A stretch of DNA of 64,000 bases from the NCBI GenBank assembly GCA_052327205.1, contig CM126222.1, positions 59,334,001 through 59,398,000 on the forward strand. Direction: 5' to 3'. The DNA comes from Somniosus microcephalus. Lineage: Eukaryota. The stretch's first letter is position 1. Every line of letters starts with the position of its first letter. The notes under the pieces are model-generated. The model saw only the letters and a list, made by a program, of their open reading frames with translations. It did not search any database and was not told the origin of the DNA. Made by a program: the position numbers and the translations under genes. Positions 1-11,234 of this stretch are shown in pieces.

Positions 1-374
1 ACTTAGCACCTTCAGACTACTTAATGTGTTGTGGGTGTACTTGGCCAGCATAACGACATTGTTATCTATGGGTTAATCAGAATGTTAATACATTATCAAA
101 ATGTACTTATGTATACAGTTTGCGCAATCCACATATATGCGAATCTGATTGAAATAAATCTTTTGTTTGTCCTTGACTTTGTACTGGTGTAGCCATTTCT
201 GTTGTGATTAGCTAGTGTGGAGTGTGTTGCTAAACTGTAACGCAGGCAAAGGGTTCAGACGCTATTATAAACTGCAAGTGCCTGCTCAGTTTACAAAGTT
301 ATTGCAACTGTTGTGATTATGTTGCACACTATTCTGCCAACTCTTATGTTTTATAATACGCACAATTTTTTCCA

Positions 375-778
375 CGTTCTCTTGTTTTCAACCCCTCCAT
401 GACCTCGCCCCACTCTACCTTAGTAATCTCCTTCAGCCATCTTCCCTGCACTCGTCCTCTGCTATTCTGACACTCTTCGTTTCACCATGGGTAGCCACTC
501 TTTCAGCCATTGTGCCCTTGCTCTCTGGAACTCCCTCCCTAGATCGCTCCACCTAGCCACCTCCCTCTCTGATTTTAGAAACCTACTCAAGACTCTCATC
601 TTCAGCTATGCCTTCACTTCCTCCCCACCACCCCACCCCACCTAATTACCTTCTCCATTTTCCCTTTATCCTCCCCGTGCAGCATCCATCAACTTTTCTC
701 TCAATAGTAAAGCACTTTGAGAAGTCTTCCTCCACATGAGGGGTGCCACAGAAATGCAAGTTGTTGTTGCTGTTGTTA
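375..778 (+). mobile_element. Old L2-type LINE 3' fragment
   Basis: Degenerate CTCTGGAACTCCCTCCCT...AAACCTACTC motifs and a (GTT)n-like tail. Confidence 0.6.
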
Positions 779-1042
779 GATTTGTTTCTTCCTCTTCCAC
801 CGATGGTCACGTTTCACCGTGTGGCTGGTAGTTATCATGCTGCCTGATGAAAGCACTCCCAATAGGATAGTTCAGGTGAAAATGGAGAAGGTAATTGTTT
901 TTTTCAGAACATTCTTAATTATGGACTGTACACCCTGTTGCATATAAACATTTTTTGTTATCTGTGCAAACTGTCTGCATCTGACAGGATTGCATTGTAC
1001 TTTGGCAATGCTATTGGATGAGAGTCCTGAACATATGTTTGT

Positions 1043-1490
1043 AGCTGTAGCTCAGTTGGCAGCACACTTGCCTCTGAGTCTAGAAGGTTGTGGGTTCAAG
1101 TCCCACTCCAAGGAACTTAAGTACATAAAGCTAGGCTGACACTCCAGTGCAGTACTGAGGGAGTGCTGCACTGTCGGACGTGCCGCCTTTTGGATGAGAC
1201 GTTAAACCGAGGCCCCGTCTGCTCTCTCAGGTGGACTATTTCGAAGAAGAGCAGGGGAGCTATCGCCGGTGTCCTGGCCAATATTTATCCCTCAACCAAC
1301 ATAACAAAAAAAGATTATCTGGTCATTATCACATTGCTGTTTGTGGGACCTTGCTGTGCGCAAATTGGCTGCCGTGTTTCCTACATTACAACAGTGACTC
1401 CACTTCAAAAGTACTTCATTGGCTGTAAAGCGCTTTGTGACGTCTGGTGGTCGTGAAAGGTGCTATATAAATGCAAGTCTTTCTTTCTTT
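1043..1490 (+). mobile_element. DeuSINE (SacSINE1-like)
   Basis: tRNA-like head GCTCAGTTGG...GGTTCAAGTCCC, central GATGAGACGTTAAACCGAGGCCCCGTCTGC...GGTGTCCTGGCCAATATT, tail GCTATATAAATGCAAGTC(TTTC)n. Several copies in the window. Confidence 0.85.
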
Positions 1491-2032
1491 AAAGGACATT
1501 CAATATTTGAAGGGTTAAGTATTGATCCCCTACTCCTTATTCTACTTTGATGACCATGTATAGAATTGAATATTTATACTATCCTCTATTGATTTTTTTC
1601 CAGTCTCAAAAGGAAAGAAAAAGCCACCTGTGCTTGCATAGCTGTCAAGCTAAAGTCTGAGCTCAGTCTCCTCTCTGGCCATAACATTCATTTTCTTGAC
1701 ATTTGCTGATCTCTCAGCTTCACTCAAGCTTCATTTCCATGGCTACTGTGACACAGGGGTTCATGCAGTTCATTTGTCACCAATTGTCACCATTTGTTCT
1801 GCCTTGTATGTTCACTGAGTTGTGTCACAGTGATGCAAGTCAAGTAAGAGAGGCTTTCTAATAAGCCAGACTTCCCTGCAGAGAGGAAGCTGGAAGCACT
1901 TGGTATAAGCTGGCATTTGTAACTCATTCATCCTTGATCTGGACAGCCTAGTGCGAAGAAAAAAAGGTTAACTCGGTGTACTTCAAAATAAAGTAGAAAT
2001 CTGCAGCAATATGGCTAAATTTCTGACCGAGG

Positions 2033-2232
2033 TTTCTGGAATTCCCTCCCTAAACACCTCTACCTCTCTATCCCTTATCCTTCTTTCAGGCCATCGTTCA
2101 AACCTATTCTTTGACCAACCTTTTGGTCACCTCCTAATATTTCCTTCTTTGGCTCAGCTTCCGTTTTCAATTACGTCTCCATGAATGTCTTGGGATGATT
2201 TCTCTGTTAAAGATAAATGTAGGTTGCTGTTG
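2033..2232 (+). mobile_element. Old L2-type LINE 3' fragment
   Basis: TCTGGAATTCCCTCCCTAAAC...TTTGACCAACCTTTTGGTCACCT matches the L2 tail family. Confidence 0.65.
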
Positions 2233-2315
2233 AGACACTTTACTGTGATGATGATTCAGGTATTAATATATACTTCACCTGCTAGTAGTCCTTTTTGTTC
2301 CCCTTCCCATTTCTC

Positions 2316-2810
2316 GGCATATAAATTTGAGTGCGCTCAAAAACAATTTGCAGTGCGCCTGAATGGATAGGCCCGAGGCTCACGTAATATTGGGCCTCGA
2401 GCCTCATTATCATTGAGCTAGAGAGCTGCTGACACCTAATGGGTATCCCCAGGCAGCAGCCCGCATGGTTTGAAAGTGGAGCCGAGAGAAGCACTCTTGC
2501 TCTATTTCCAACACTTACCTTGTTGGTTGTGGCCTGCAGCGGTCCCTAGGCAGCAAGTAGACCTGCTTTTCCTGAACACAGCCACCAGGGCAACCCAATA
2601 TTTCAGAGGGGGCCACAAACAGACGATAAGTCCTTATTTGAATATGGAAAGGACCTAACACCTGCTTCAGGCATGGGCTCTGGACGCTATTTTTTTGCCT
2701 ACAGCAATATGGCGGGCGGCGCACATCTGGCTCGTAATGAGCGCACGCTTCCTGCCCAACCTTATTGGAGGCTTAGGGCCCAAAAAACGTCACCATCATA
2801 TTTCTAGGCC
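2316..2810. mobile_element. Degenerate MITE
   Basis: Ends GGCATATAAATT and TATTTCTAGGCC. Shares TGGGCCTCGRGCCTCAT with ~5397-5560. Confidence 0.5.
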
Positions 2811-3957
2811 ATTAATCTCCTGTACAATGCACCACTGACCAGCAGAAATGACAGCCAGATAGCCTACTCCCAAGTGTCTCCTAATATCTTTCTGTGAACA
2901 GTCACCAAGAGCTGCACAAGACAAGGGGTCAGGGTAATTCACCTCCACTGGTTCATAGAAAGACATCAGACTTTCCTTCAGAGGCAGTTCCTCACTTCAG
3001 AGAAAGCCTCTGCTTTGTGCCTCATAACATGACTGGGATTAGACAGTGACCATGTCACCCTTACACAAAATGTGAGCAGAGCTGCACTCTTCATTCTCAC
3101 TGACGAGTCATAACAGACAGCTCAAATTGTTTACAGCTTCCTCTAAGTGATCAATGAAATCAAAATCTCTATTCTGAACCACAGTAGCAATTATTGTAAT
3201 ATGAGATCACATTCGCCATGAAATTTCCTCAATTCTTCTCCTGCTCTGTGCTGTAACTTTGGCAGAAACCCCAGTTACGCAAAGTTACAGCGAAACAGCT
3301 GGAGAAGCCCTGAAGAAATTCCGACAATTGTCTCCGACTTGATTTTATTGCATAGTGGTTCATATTATACCTCCATCATCTCAGAGTGAAACACGATCGC
3401 AAGTTAAAAATAACATGATTTGCATACGCCATGATATTTAAGAGTAAAATGAATGCTTCAAAGAAAACCGAGTTGCGCATAAATTCCAACAATTTACATT
3501 CATGATGTTTGTTGCAGCAGAAAGAAATCTGGGTATTTTATAGAGCAGTGAAGAATATGAACACTAAGCAAGAGAGAGAAGAACAAGTGGAAATGGAATT
3601 CGGGAACGGGGCCAAAAGAGGAAGTGAAAAGAAAGGTTTTTAAGCAGGCTCTTGAAAGCAGGAAGTTAGGAAGTAAGACAGAGGGAGTGCCAGAGTGCAG
3701 GGATGTAAGAGCGGCCCCGAATGGTTGACTGAAGAGGATGTGGATCAGTGTTGGCGAAGCAAAGGGTGTGAGTGCAGATGTAGGACTAAAGGAGGCTGCA
3801 CAGGTAGGGGCAGAGATTTTGACATTGATTTGAAGGGACACAAGTGGGGCCTGAAAACTGGGGTGATGGAAAGTCAGGGCTTTGAGTGGGTAAAGACATG
3901 TGCGATAGGGGCCGGTATTCTGAATGAGTTGCTTAGTCTCCCCAAAGGTGTTCAAGG

Positions 3958-4667
3958 CTCCACATCAATGGGGCTGTGGTGGAAAGGGTGGACAGCTTTA
4001 AGTTCCTCGGAGTCCACATCACGGAAGACCTCTCCTGGTCCCTCAATACCTCCTCTCTGGTGAAGAAGGCCCAGCAGCGCCTATATTTCCTAAGGAGGCT
4101 GAAGAGATGTAACCTGTCACCCCTGATCCTCTCTAACTTTTACCGCTGCACAATAGAGAGCATCCTGACGAACTGTATCACAGTATGGTATGGCAGCTGT
4201 AGCTACTATGACCGGAAAGCCCTGCAGCGGGTAGTCAAAACTGCCCAACGCATTACCGGCACCCGGCTACCGACCATAGAGCACATATACCAGAAACGCT
4301 GTTTACGGAGGTCACGGTCCATCATCAAAGACCCTACCCACCCCAGCCACAGTCTGTTCGCCCTCCTGCCATCTGGGAGACGCTACAGATGCATTCGCAC
4401 CCGTACGACCAGATTTAGGAACAGCTTCTTTCCCAGGGCTGTCATCCTACTGAACTCCACAAATAAACTCTAAAGCCTGCACATCTGCCAATGCACTTTA
4501 TTATGGTTATGTTTATGTTAATGTATTACAAGCCAAATGTATGTTGAATGTTTAAATGTCTTAATCCAAATGTACACTCTCGGGAGCCGCAAGCCTACAT
4601 TTCGTTGTACTGCACTTGTGCACTAACAATGACAATAAAGTTGATTATTATTATTATTATTATTATA
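3958..4667 (+). mobile_element. Rex1/Babar-clade LINE, 5'-truncated 3' fragment
   Basis: Uninterrupted ORF 3976-4473 (VERVDSFKFLGVHITEDLSWS...KKAQQRLYFLRRLK...FYRCTIESILTNCITVWYG) is a typical Rex1 RT C-terminus. It is followed by AATAAA and an (ATT)n tail at ~4643-4667. Confidence 0.88.
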
Positions 4668-4679
4668 TTTTAGATACAT

Positions 4680-5022
4680 TGGTTCAAATTCCGCCACGGC
4701 AGCTGTGGAATTTAAATTCAATCAGGAATTTAAAAAAACAAGTGTCAGCAACGGTGACCATGAAACTACTGGATTGTCGTAAGAACCCATCTGATTCACT
4801 AATGTCCTTTAGGGAAGGAAATCTGCCACCCTTTCCCGGTCTGGCCTATATGTGACTCCAGACCCACAGCAATGTGGTTGACTCTTAACTGCCCTCTGAA
4901 ATGGCCTAGCAAGCCAGTTGTTTCAAGGAGGCGGCTCACCACGACCTTCTCAAGGGCAATTAGGGATGGGCAATAAATGCTGGTCTTGCCAGCGACGTCC
5001 ACATCCCATGACTGAATAAAAG
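4680..5022 (+). mobile_element. Same SINE family as 8844-9300, 5'-truncated
   Basis: GGTTCAAATTCC B-box, CACTAATGTCCTTTAGGGAAGGAAATCTGC core and the shared LINE tail. Confidence 0.8.
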
Positions 5023-8000
5023 AAAATTCTGGAAACTCGAATCATGAGATAACTCACACTTTTTGGAGTATTTAAATTTTTGGAATTCACCGCAGTAATA
5101 AAGATCTGTAATTTTCTGGTACTGTTTGCAGTCACCTTGTTCAAACAAAGATTCCAGTTCTACCACCAGAGAATGTGGAAATACTAGTTGGAAAATGACA
5201 AAAGATGCAATTTGCTGATTTTAGCGATTCACATTTCTTGGAATCCATAAGTTGCCTAGGACATGTCACAGGAGGGCAACGGATGGGAATAAAGGAAAAT
5301 ATCAAAAAGCGAAAAGGATCCGAACCCATGTAAGAAAATTTCTGATCTTCGGTATTTGGAGTGGTTTATTACTTTGGAGATAGGTGCAAAGACCTTGGGG
5401 GTGAAATCACTTGAGGCCTGTTTTCAGGCCTGAAATCTATGCCACACACACCCCCAATCTGGAGGCCCAAAGCCTGCCCAAAATTGGGCCTCGGGCCTCA
5501 TCAATAGTATTTGGGTGAGCAGCCAGATCCTATCTTGGCTCTAAATTTAAATAGATGAATTTCAGGTTGCTTGCGAAGTTCTAAGTGCTTCCTCATTGAG
5601 TGAAAGAGACATTCGGACACTGATTCAACCCTGGTTGCTCTCACACTACTTCCTGAGGCATTGGCAGAAACCTGAAAGCAGATTATCTGCTTGCTTTCTC
5701 AGTGGGACAGTTATACACAGATCATATGTGGGAAGAAGTCTGACGAAGGGAACAATAACAATAAATTGTGGTTAAAAATATAAATGCAGAACAGAGAAAA
5801 TAGTAAACGATCTGTAATTATTTTCTGTGGAATGAATTTCATTACCTTCTCGTTGCAAATTAAATTTGCAACCGAGATACATTTTTAAGATTGAGCCTAA
5901 CCATGTTGCAAGCTGGGGTTTGGGGCACTGGTTAGAAAATTAGACCTTAAGGCACCTGTTGTATCATCCCACACCAAGACACCTCCTTCAGGGCGATTTA
6001 AGTATCAATACATGGAGTACTCCGTTGCTTTGTTCCTTCGTCACCCTAGCCTAGATGACTGTTAGGACTAAGAGGCTGTCAAAGGGAGAGAAGGACGGCG
6101 AAATAGATCTCTTAATAACAAAACAAAGCATTAAAAAGCAACTATATTTACACTTTGGGAGTCACACGTGACATGCAGTCCTCCCCCTCGTCACTCCCAT
6201 CAGAAAGAGATATAGCCTCTTTAAAGACGAGACAAATGAATGTGATGGACAAAAGGCATTAGTGACTATGTTATGAAATGTACTTCAAAGGAACAGTTGT
6301 GAAGAGTCTGGCTGGAGCCAGGGGTGTCCACCATGGCGTTCCTTCAGGCAAAAGCTCAGTGTGATGAACCAGGCTGCAAAGATCAATATTAAACGTCTCT
6401 GGGAGACAATTCCTATAATCCAGCACGCATCCTGAAGAAAAACTAAAAGTATTCCTTGCACTGAAACGAGAACTAACACTACAGTTTGATACACTGACTG
6501 TCTTTTGCTGCTCAAAGCAGAGTTCCCATGCTTTTTCTGTCAGAAACTCACTTTAGATGTTCTTATATATAATAAAATATTGGGAGGGAGGGAAAGAGCC
6601 AGACAAATAAACTTTACTGCAGAAGTTTAGCATGGAAAGAAAAAAAAATCATTAGAAAAGTAATCTTGAAAGAAGCTGAAAAATGCTAACCTTGTCAGGG
6701 TTAGCTGTTGGATGCTGAACTGCTCCTTGAGGATTAAAGAGATTGGGTTACAGAGTTACAGAATGCAAACAAAAATTGAATTTTCATTAACACTTTCTGG
6801 CCTTTTACAACCTGGCTGCAACATCTTACATTTTCACATTTAAAGCATTTCTCACTGGGTTCCATTATTTCTCCATTGCCGATCCCATTAATCATATTTT
6901 TAATCTATACACTTTCAATTTATTCCATCTTTTACAGTTTGATTTTTCCTTTTTTTATAGTCTGTTTCTTAGAATAATCTGTTCTAAGATAAGTATCAAA
7001 CTGCTGTGCCCACATCTTTGCTTGGCTAATATTCTTTTATCTAAGTTCCTATTCATTTAGTTCATGAAACAGTCAATACAGGTGGCAATGTTTGGTCAAA
7101 ACAGAACTTAAGACATTGTACATAATGTATAAATAAAATCATTTGCTAATTTAATTTTCTGCCTGACTTGGCTTTTGCTTTATTCTTATATTTGTGTTCC
7201 CTCTTATCCATTCAGTCCCACTGTCCACCCTCTATTTATTCAGTTTTGTTATGTCTTTTTCTGTATAACTGTACAGCAGTAGTTTAGTTTTAAGCACTTG
7301 AATGCCACATCAGATTAAGAAAACATTTTGTGCGTTCCAGATGCCAATGCAGCAATACTATACCATAATAATTTTTAATATGCAGCCTATGCAATGTACC
7401 CCAGGGAATAACTGAATGCATCAGCTCCATGGAGCTTCACATCACAGAGCTGCTGATTAGCACTTAATCTTCACCACAGGTGTTCGGCTGGGCATCCAGG
7501 CTGTCGAACTAGGCCCAAATTACTGTCATAAATCATCCACCTACTACAGAAAATACTATTCAGGATGAAATGTGTTTCCACACTCTTAACTGGTAGCCAG
7601 GGAGCATCATTTGTCCTGCTCTGATTAGTGATAATTTGCACAGTCAAGTCGACTCAAACTATAACAGCTGGTAGAAAGGTCAGGGGTGGCAGGAGGTTCA
7701 ATTAGATCACTGTTTCTTGATCCACATGTCCTTGGCTACTAGTGACTTCTCCAGCCATCACTGTTCACTTTTACCTCCCAGATGCCATTACTTCACTTGA
7801 ATGCCTTTTACATCCAAATTCAGAGCATAGCTAAAACCTAATCATCCATTTTAAGACCACAAAAATATTTAACTCACCCTTGCTGTAAAGCAGCTTTACC
7901 ATTTTTAAATAGGTTTAACGGTTTTTTAAAGTAGTAAAGCCTATGTTTTTACCTGTTGCAGGTAAAAAAAATATTGGCATTAAATCTGAAAATCTTATGT

Positions 8001-8786
8001 AAAGATTTTTATTTTAAAGGCAGCATATAAACAGAAGCCAATACAGGGATATAAAAAAAAGGCAAGACTCCATCATAGTTTGCTCCATAAAAATGTTTTA
8101 GAAGTGTGTCACACCAAATCGCATCTTTGAAATAACTGAAAGAAAAGATCATTATTGTAACAACTGCAGCTGGCTTGCATGGTCGCTCTCACTTCCCATA
8201 CCGACAAAATCAGGCCCTGTTTACCGACTGAAGCATTTGTCAGGTAAGAAGTAAGTCTTGACTATAGTTCCGATTGAATAGACCAAAGCTGAGTTTTAAA
8301 GTAGTCACAAAGATGAAAGTTCTATTATTCTAAAGCCCTGCAGAGTATGAGTGCTAATTGAAAGTGTGCGGATTCAAGCTCACAGGTTAAAGTTTTCAGC
8401 TGAACGGGCCATCATTTGCAATTTTCAAATAAACCCGTCAAGCATCATTCATAAATATGAAATGACATTTTATTTATTGGTAATGCACCATGCAAATGAT
8501 CTTATTTGTTACTGGACAAACGAGTATAAATGAGGCTTGCCATTTTTGCTCTAAGGTGGTTAATAACTGTGCACTCAATCAGCTGGTGGATTAGGTTCAT
8601 TATTCATATTGCACAGTTGAGCATATCCCTTTCCTTTTCTCATCTTTCCATGGATCTGTACTGAATCAAATAATTTTAGAATTATATTTCAATCGGAAAG
8701 TTCTTTTATTAGGGTTTTTATTGCAGTAATATGTTTACTGATTGGCCTCAAATGATTGTTTTACTCCTGCAGTTGAGCTGATGTTA

Positions 8787-10081
8787 ACATAGGAACAAAA
8801 GAACAGGAAGAGGCCATTCAGCCCTTCAAGCCTGTTTTTCTTTTGTGGGTGTCGCTGGCAAGGCCAGCATTTATTGCCCATCCCTAATTGCCCTCGAGAA
8901 GGTGGTGGTGAGCCGCCGCCTTGAATACAACTGAATGGCTTGCTAGAGGGCAGCTAAGAGTCAACCACATTGCTGTGGGTCTGGAGTCAGATATAGGCCA
9001 GACCAGGTAAGGACAGCAGATTTCCTTCCCTAAAGGACATTAGTGAACCAGTTGGGTTTTTACAACAATCTGGTAGTTTCATGGTCACCATTACTGATAC
9101 TAGTTTTTTTATTCCAGATTTTATTTTTTAATTGAATTTAAATTCCCCAGCTGCCAGGGGATGGTCTGGGATATAAACTCCAGGGAAATGTACTGAACCG
9201 GATCACAATACAGGGAATGGTCTGGGATTATGAACTCCTTATCATCAGTCCAGGTCTCTGGATTACTAGTCCAGTAACATAACCACTATGCTACCATGCC
9301 TACTGCTGTGCCATCCTATTATTTCACAGCTGAACTGTACCTCAAGTCCATTTACCTCCCTTTTCTCCATATCCCGTGATACCCTTACCTAACAAAAATC
9401 CATCAATCTCAATTTTGAAAATTTCAATTGATAAAGTGATCACAGCCTTTTGGGGGAGAGTTCCAGATTTCAACTACCCTTTGTGTGAAAAAATGTTTTC
9501 TGATTTCACTTCTAACTGGTCTAGCTCAAATTTTAAGATTTTTCTCCCTTATTCTGAATTCTAACACCAGAGGAAAGAGTTTTCCTGTATCTATCCTATT
9601 GAATCCTTTTATCATATTGAGCACCGCAAATAGCTACTCTCCAACCTTCTAAACTCAAGGGAATATAAACCAAGTTTATGCAACCTGTTCTCATAATTTA
9701 ATCTTTTAAGCCCGAGTATTATTCTGGTGAATCTGCTCTGTACCCGCCTCCCCCCACCAGGCCAGTATATCTTTCCATTCCAAAACTGAACGCAGCACTC
9801 CAGATGGGGGTCTGACCAAAGCTCTGTACAACCGAAGCATCACTTCCTCACTTTTGTATTCCAACCCCCTAGGGATAAACGCCAAAACTTAATTCGCTTT
9901 TTTGATTGCTTTTTCTACCTGTGCACTAGCTTTTAGTGATATGTGTACATGGACACATAAATCCCTTTGCTCTTCCATAGCTCCTAGTCTCTCCCCGTTA
10001 AGAAAATATTCTGATTTGTTTTTGTTAGATCCAAAGTGGATGACCTTACACATTGAACTCCATCTGCCATAGTTTTGCCCA
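8787..10081 (-). mobile_element. Old CR1 LINE 3' fragment split by a SINE insertion
   Basis: Minus-strand CKVIHFGSNK...EEQRDLCVHVHISLKASAQVEKAIKKAN. The CR1 3' tail lies at 8787-8838, beyond the inserted SINE. Confidence 0.8.
8844..9300 (-). mobile_element. tRNA-derived SINE with CR1-like LINE tail
   Basis: Head GGCATGGTAGCATAGTGGTTATG on the minus strand. Body matches 4680-5022. Tail GGGCAATTAGGGATGGGCAATAAATGCTGG is shared with the LINE at 27450-28490. Confidence 0.8.
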
Positions 10082-10097
10082 CAAGAGATCATGGGAA

Positions 10098-10635
10098 ATT
10101 CCACCCTACGTAAACTTGAGGTCATCCAAAGCTCGGCTGCCCGTGTCCTAACTCGCACCAAGTCCCGTTCGCCCATCACCCCTGTGCTCGCTGACCTACA
10201 TTGGTTCCTGGTTAAGCAGCGCCTCGATTTCAAAATTCTCATCCTTGTGTTCAACTCCCTCCATGGCCTCGCCCTTTCCTATCTCTGTAATCTCCTTCAG
10301 CCCCCACAACCTCCCGCGATATCTGCGCTCCCCTAATTCTGCCCTCTTGAGCATCCCTGATTATAATCGCTCAATCTTTGCTGGCTGTGCCTTCAGTTGC
10401 CTAGGCCCTAAGCTCTGGAATTCCCTGCCTAAACCTGTCCGCCTCGCTACCTCTCTTTCCTCCTTTAAGACGCTTCTTAAAACCTACCTCTTTGACCAAG
10501 CTTTTGGTCACCTGCCCTAATTTATCCTTATGTGGATCGGTGTCAAATTTTTTTTGCCTTAAAATACTCCTGTGCAGCACCTTGGGATATTTTACTACGT
10601 TAAAGGCGCTATATAAATACACGTTGTTGTTGTTG
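10098..10635 (+). mobile_element. L2-type LINE 3' fragment
   Basis: STLRKLEVIQSSAARVLTRTKSRSPITPVLADLHW...GPKLWNSLPK...SFKTLLKTYLFDQAF with a (GTT)n tail. Confidence 0.88.
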
Positions 10636-10934
10636 AAATGGCCATGTTCGATTCACAACCCCGTGTAATGTAATGTTACCAGGGAAATACAAGGTAGCAG
10701 AGTATTAACTTTCCGAAATAATCAGGACCAGAGCTATCAAGTTAGTCAATTACTTCAGATAATAAACTCCAATTGGGGAAGGCACACCTGGCTTTTCCTG
10801 TTGCATTTTCCAATCGGGTCCCTCCAATTTATATGGCTATAAATCAGGCTGACCTTAATGCTAAAGTGGGCGGAGATCTGTAACATGTAGCTACTTCTAG
10901 TGCATAGTATATTGGGAGTAGAAAGTATCCACCT

Positions 10935-11125
10935 TGTTGCGTCCGTGTATAATAAGACACAGACTGCGGAGAACGGTACAACAGGTGTTTACTCAATGTG
11001 GCTCACACTGCAACTGATCTGTACAGACTACTACTCAGTGCTATATACAGGTGTGGTCACTGCCGGTACTGCAGTATACATGAGCTGTAAAACATAGTTC
11101 CCCCCTTAAAGGTATATACATTACA
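10935..11125 (-). repeat. 3' LTR of Gypsy element
   Basis: 191 bp direct repeat of 15769-15959. Preceded on the minus strand by the polypurine tract AAAAGGGGAGGAA (11139-11127). Confidence 0.95.
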
Positions 11126-11234
11126 ATTCCTCCCCTTTTAGATTAACAGTACCATAACACTCATTTAACAATTAAATATCAAACTAATTACAATTAACAC
11201 TTTTAACATGCAACATTAGCTGAAAATAGTCTAT

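Noticed and set aside
1163-1456. Repeated small ORF family (also 48155-48487 and 29937-30152)
   Set aside because: These are chance frames within DeuSINE copies, not a gene family.
6285-6515. Possible minus-strand exon (TTTTTCTTCAG acceptor at ~6432)
   Set aside because: No convincing donor site or protein similarity. Unsupported without RNA data.
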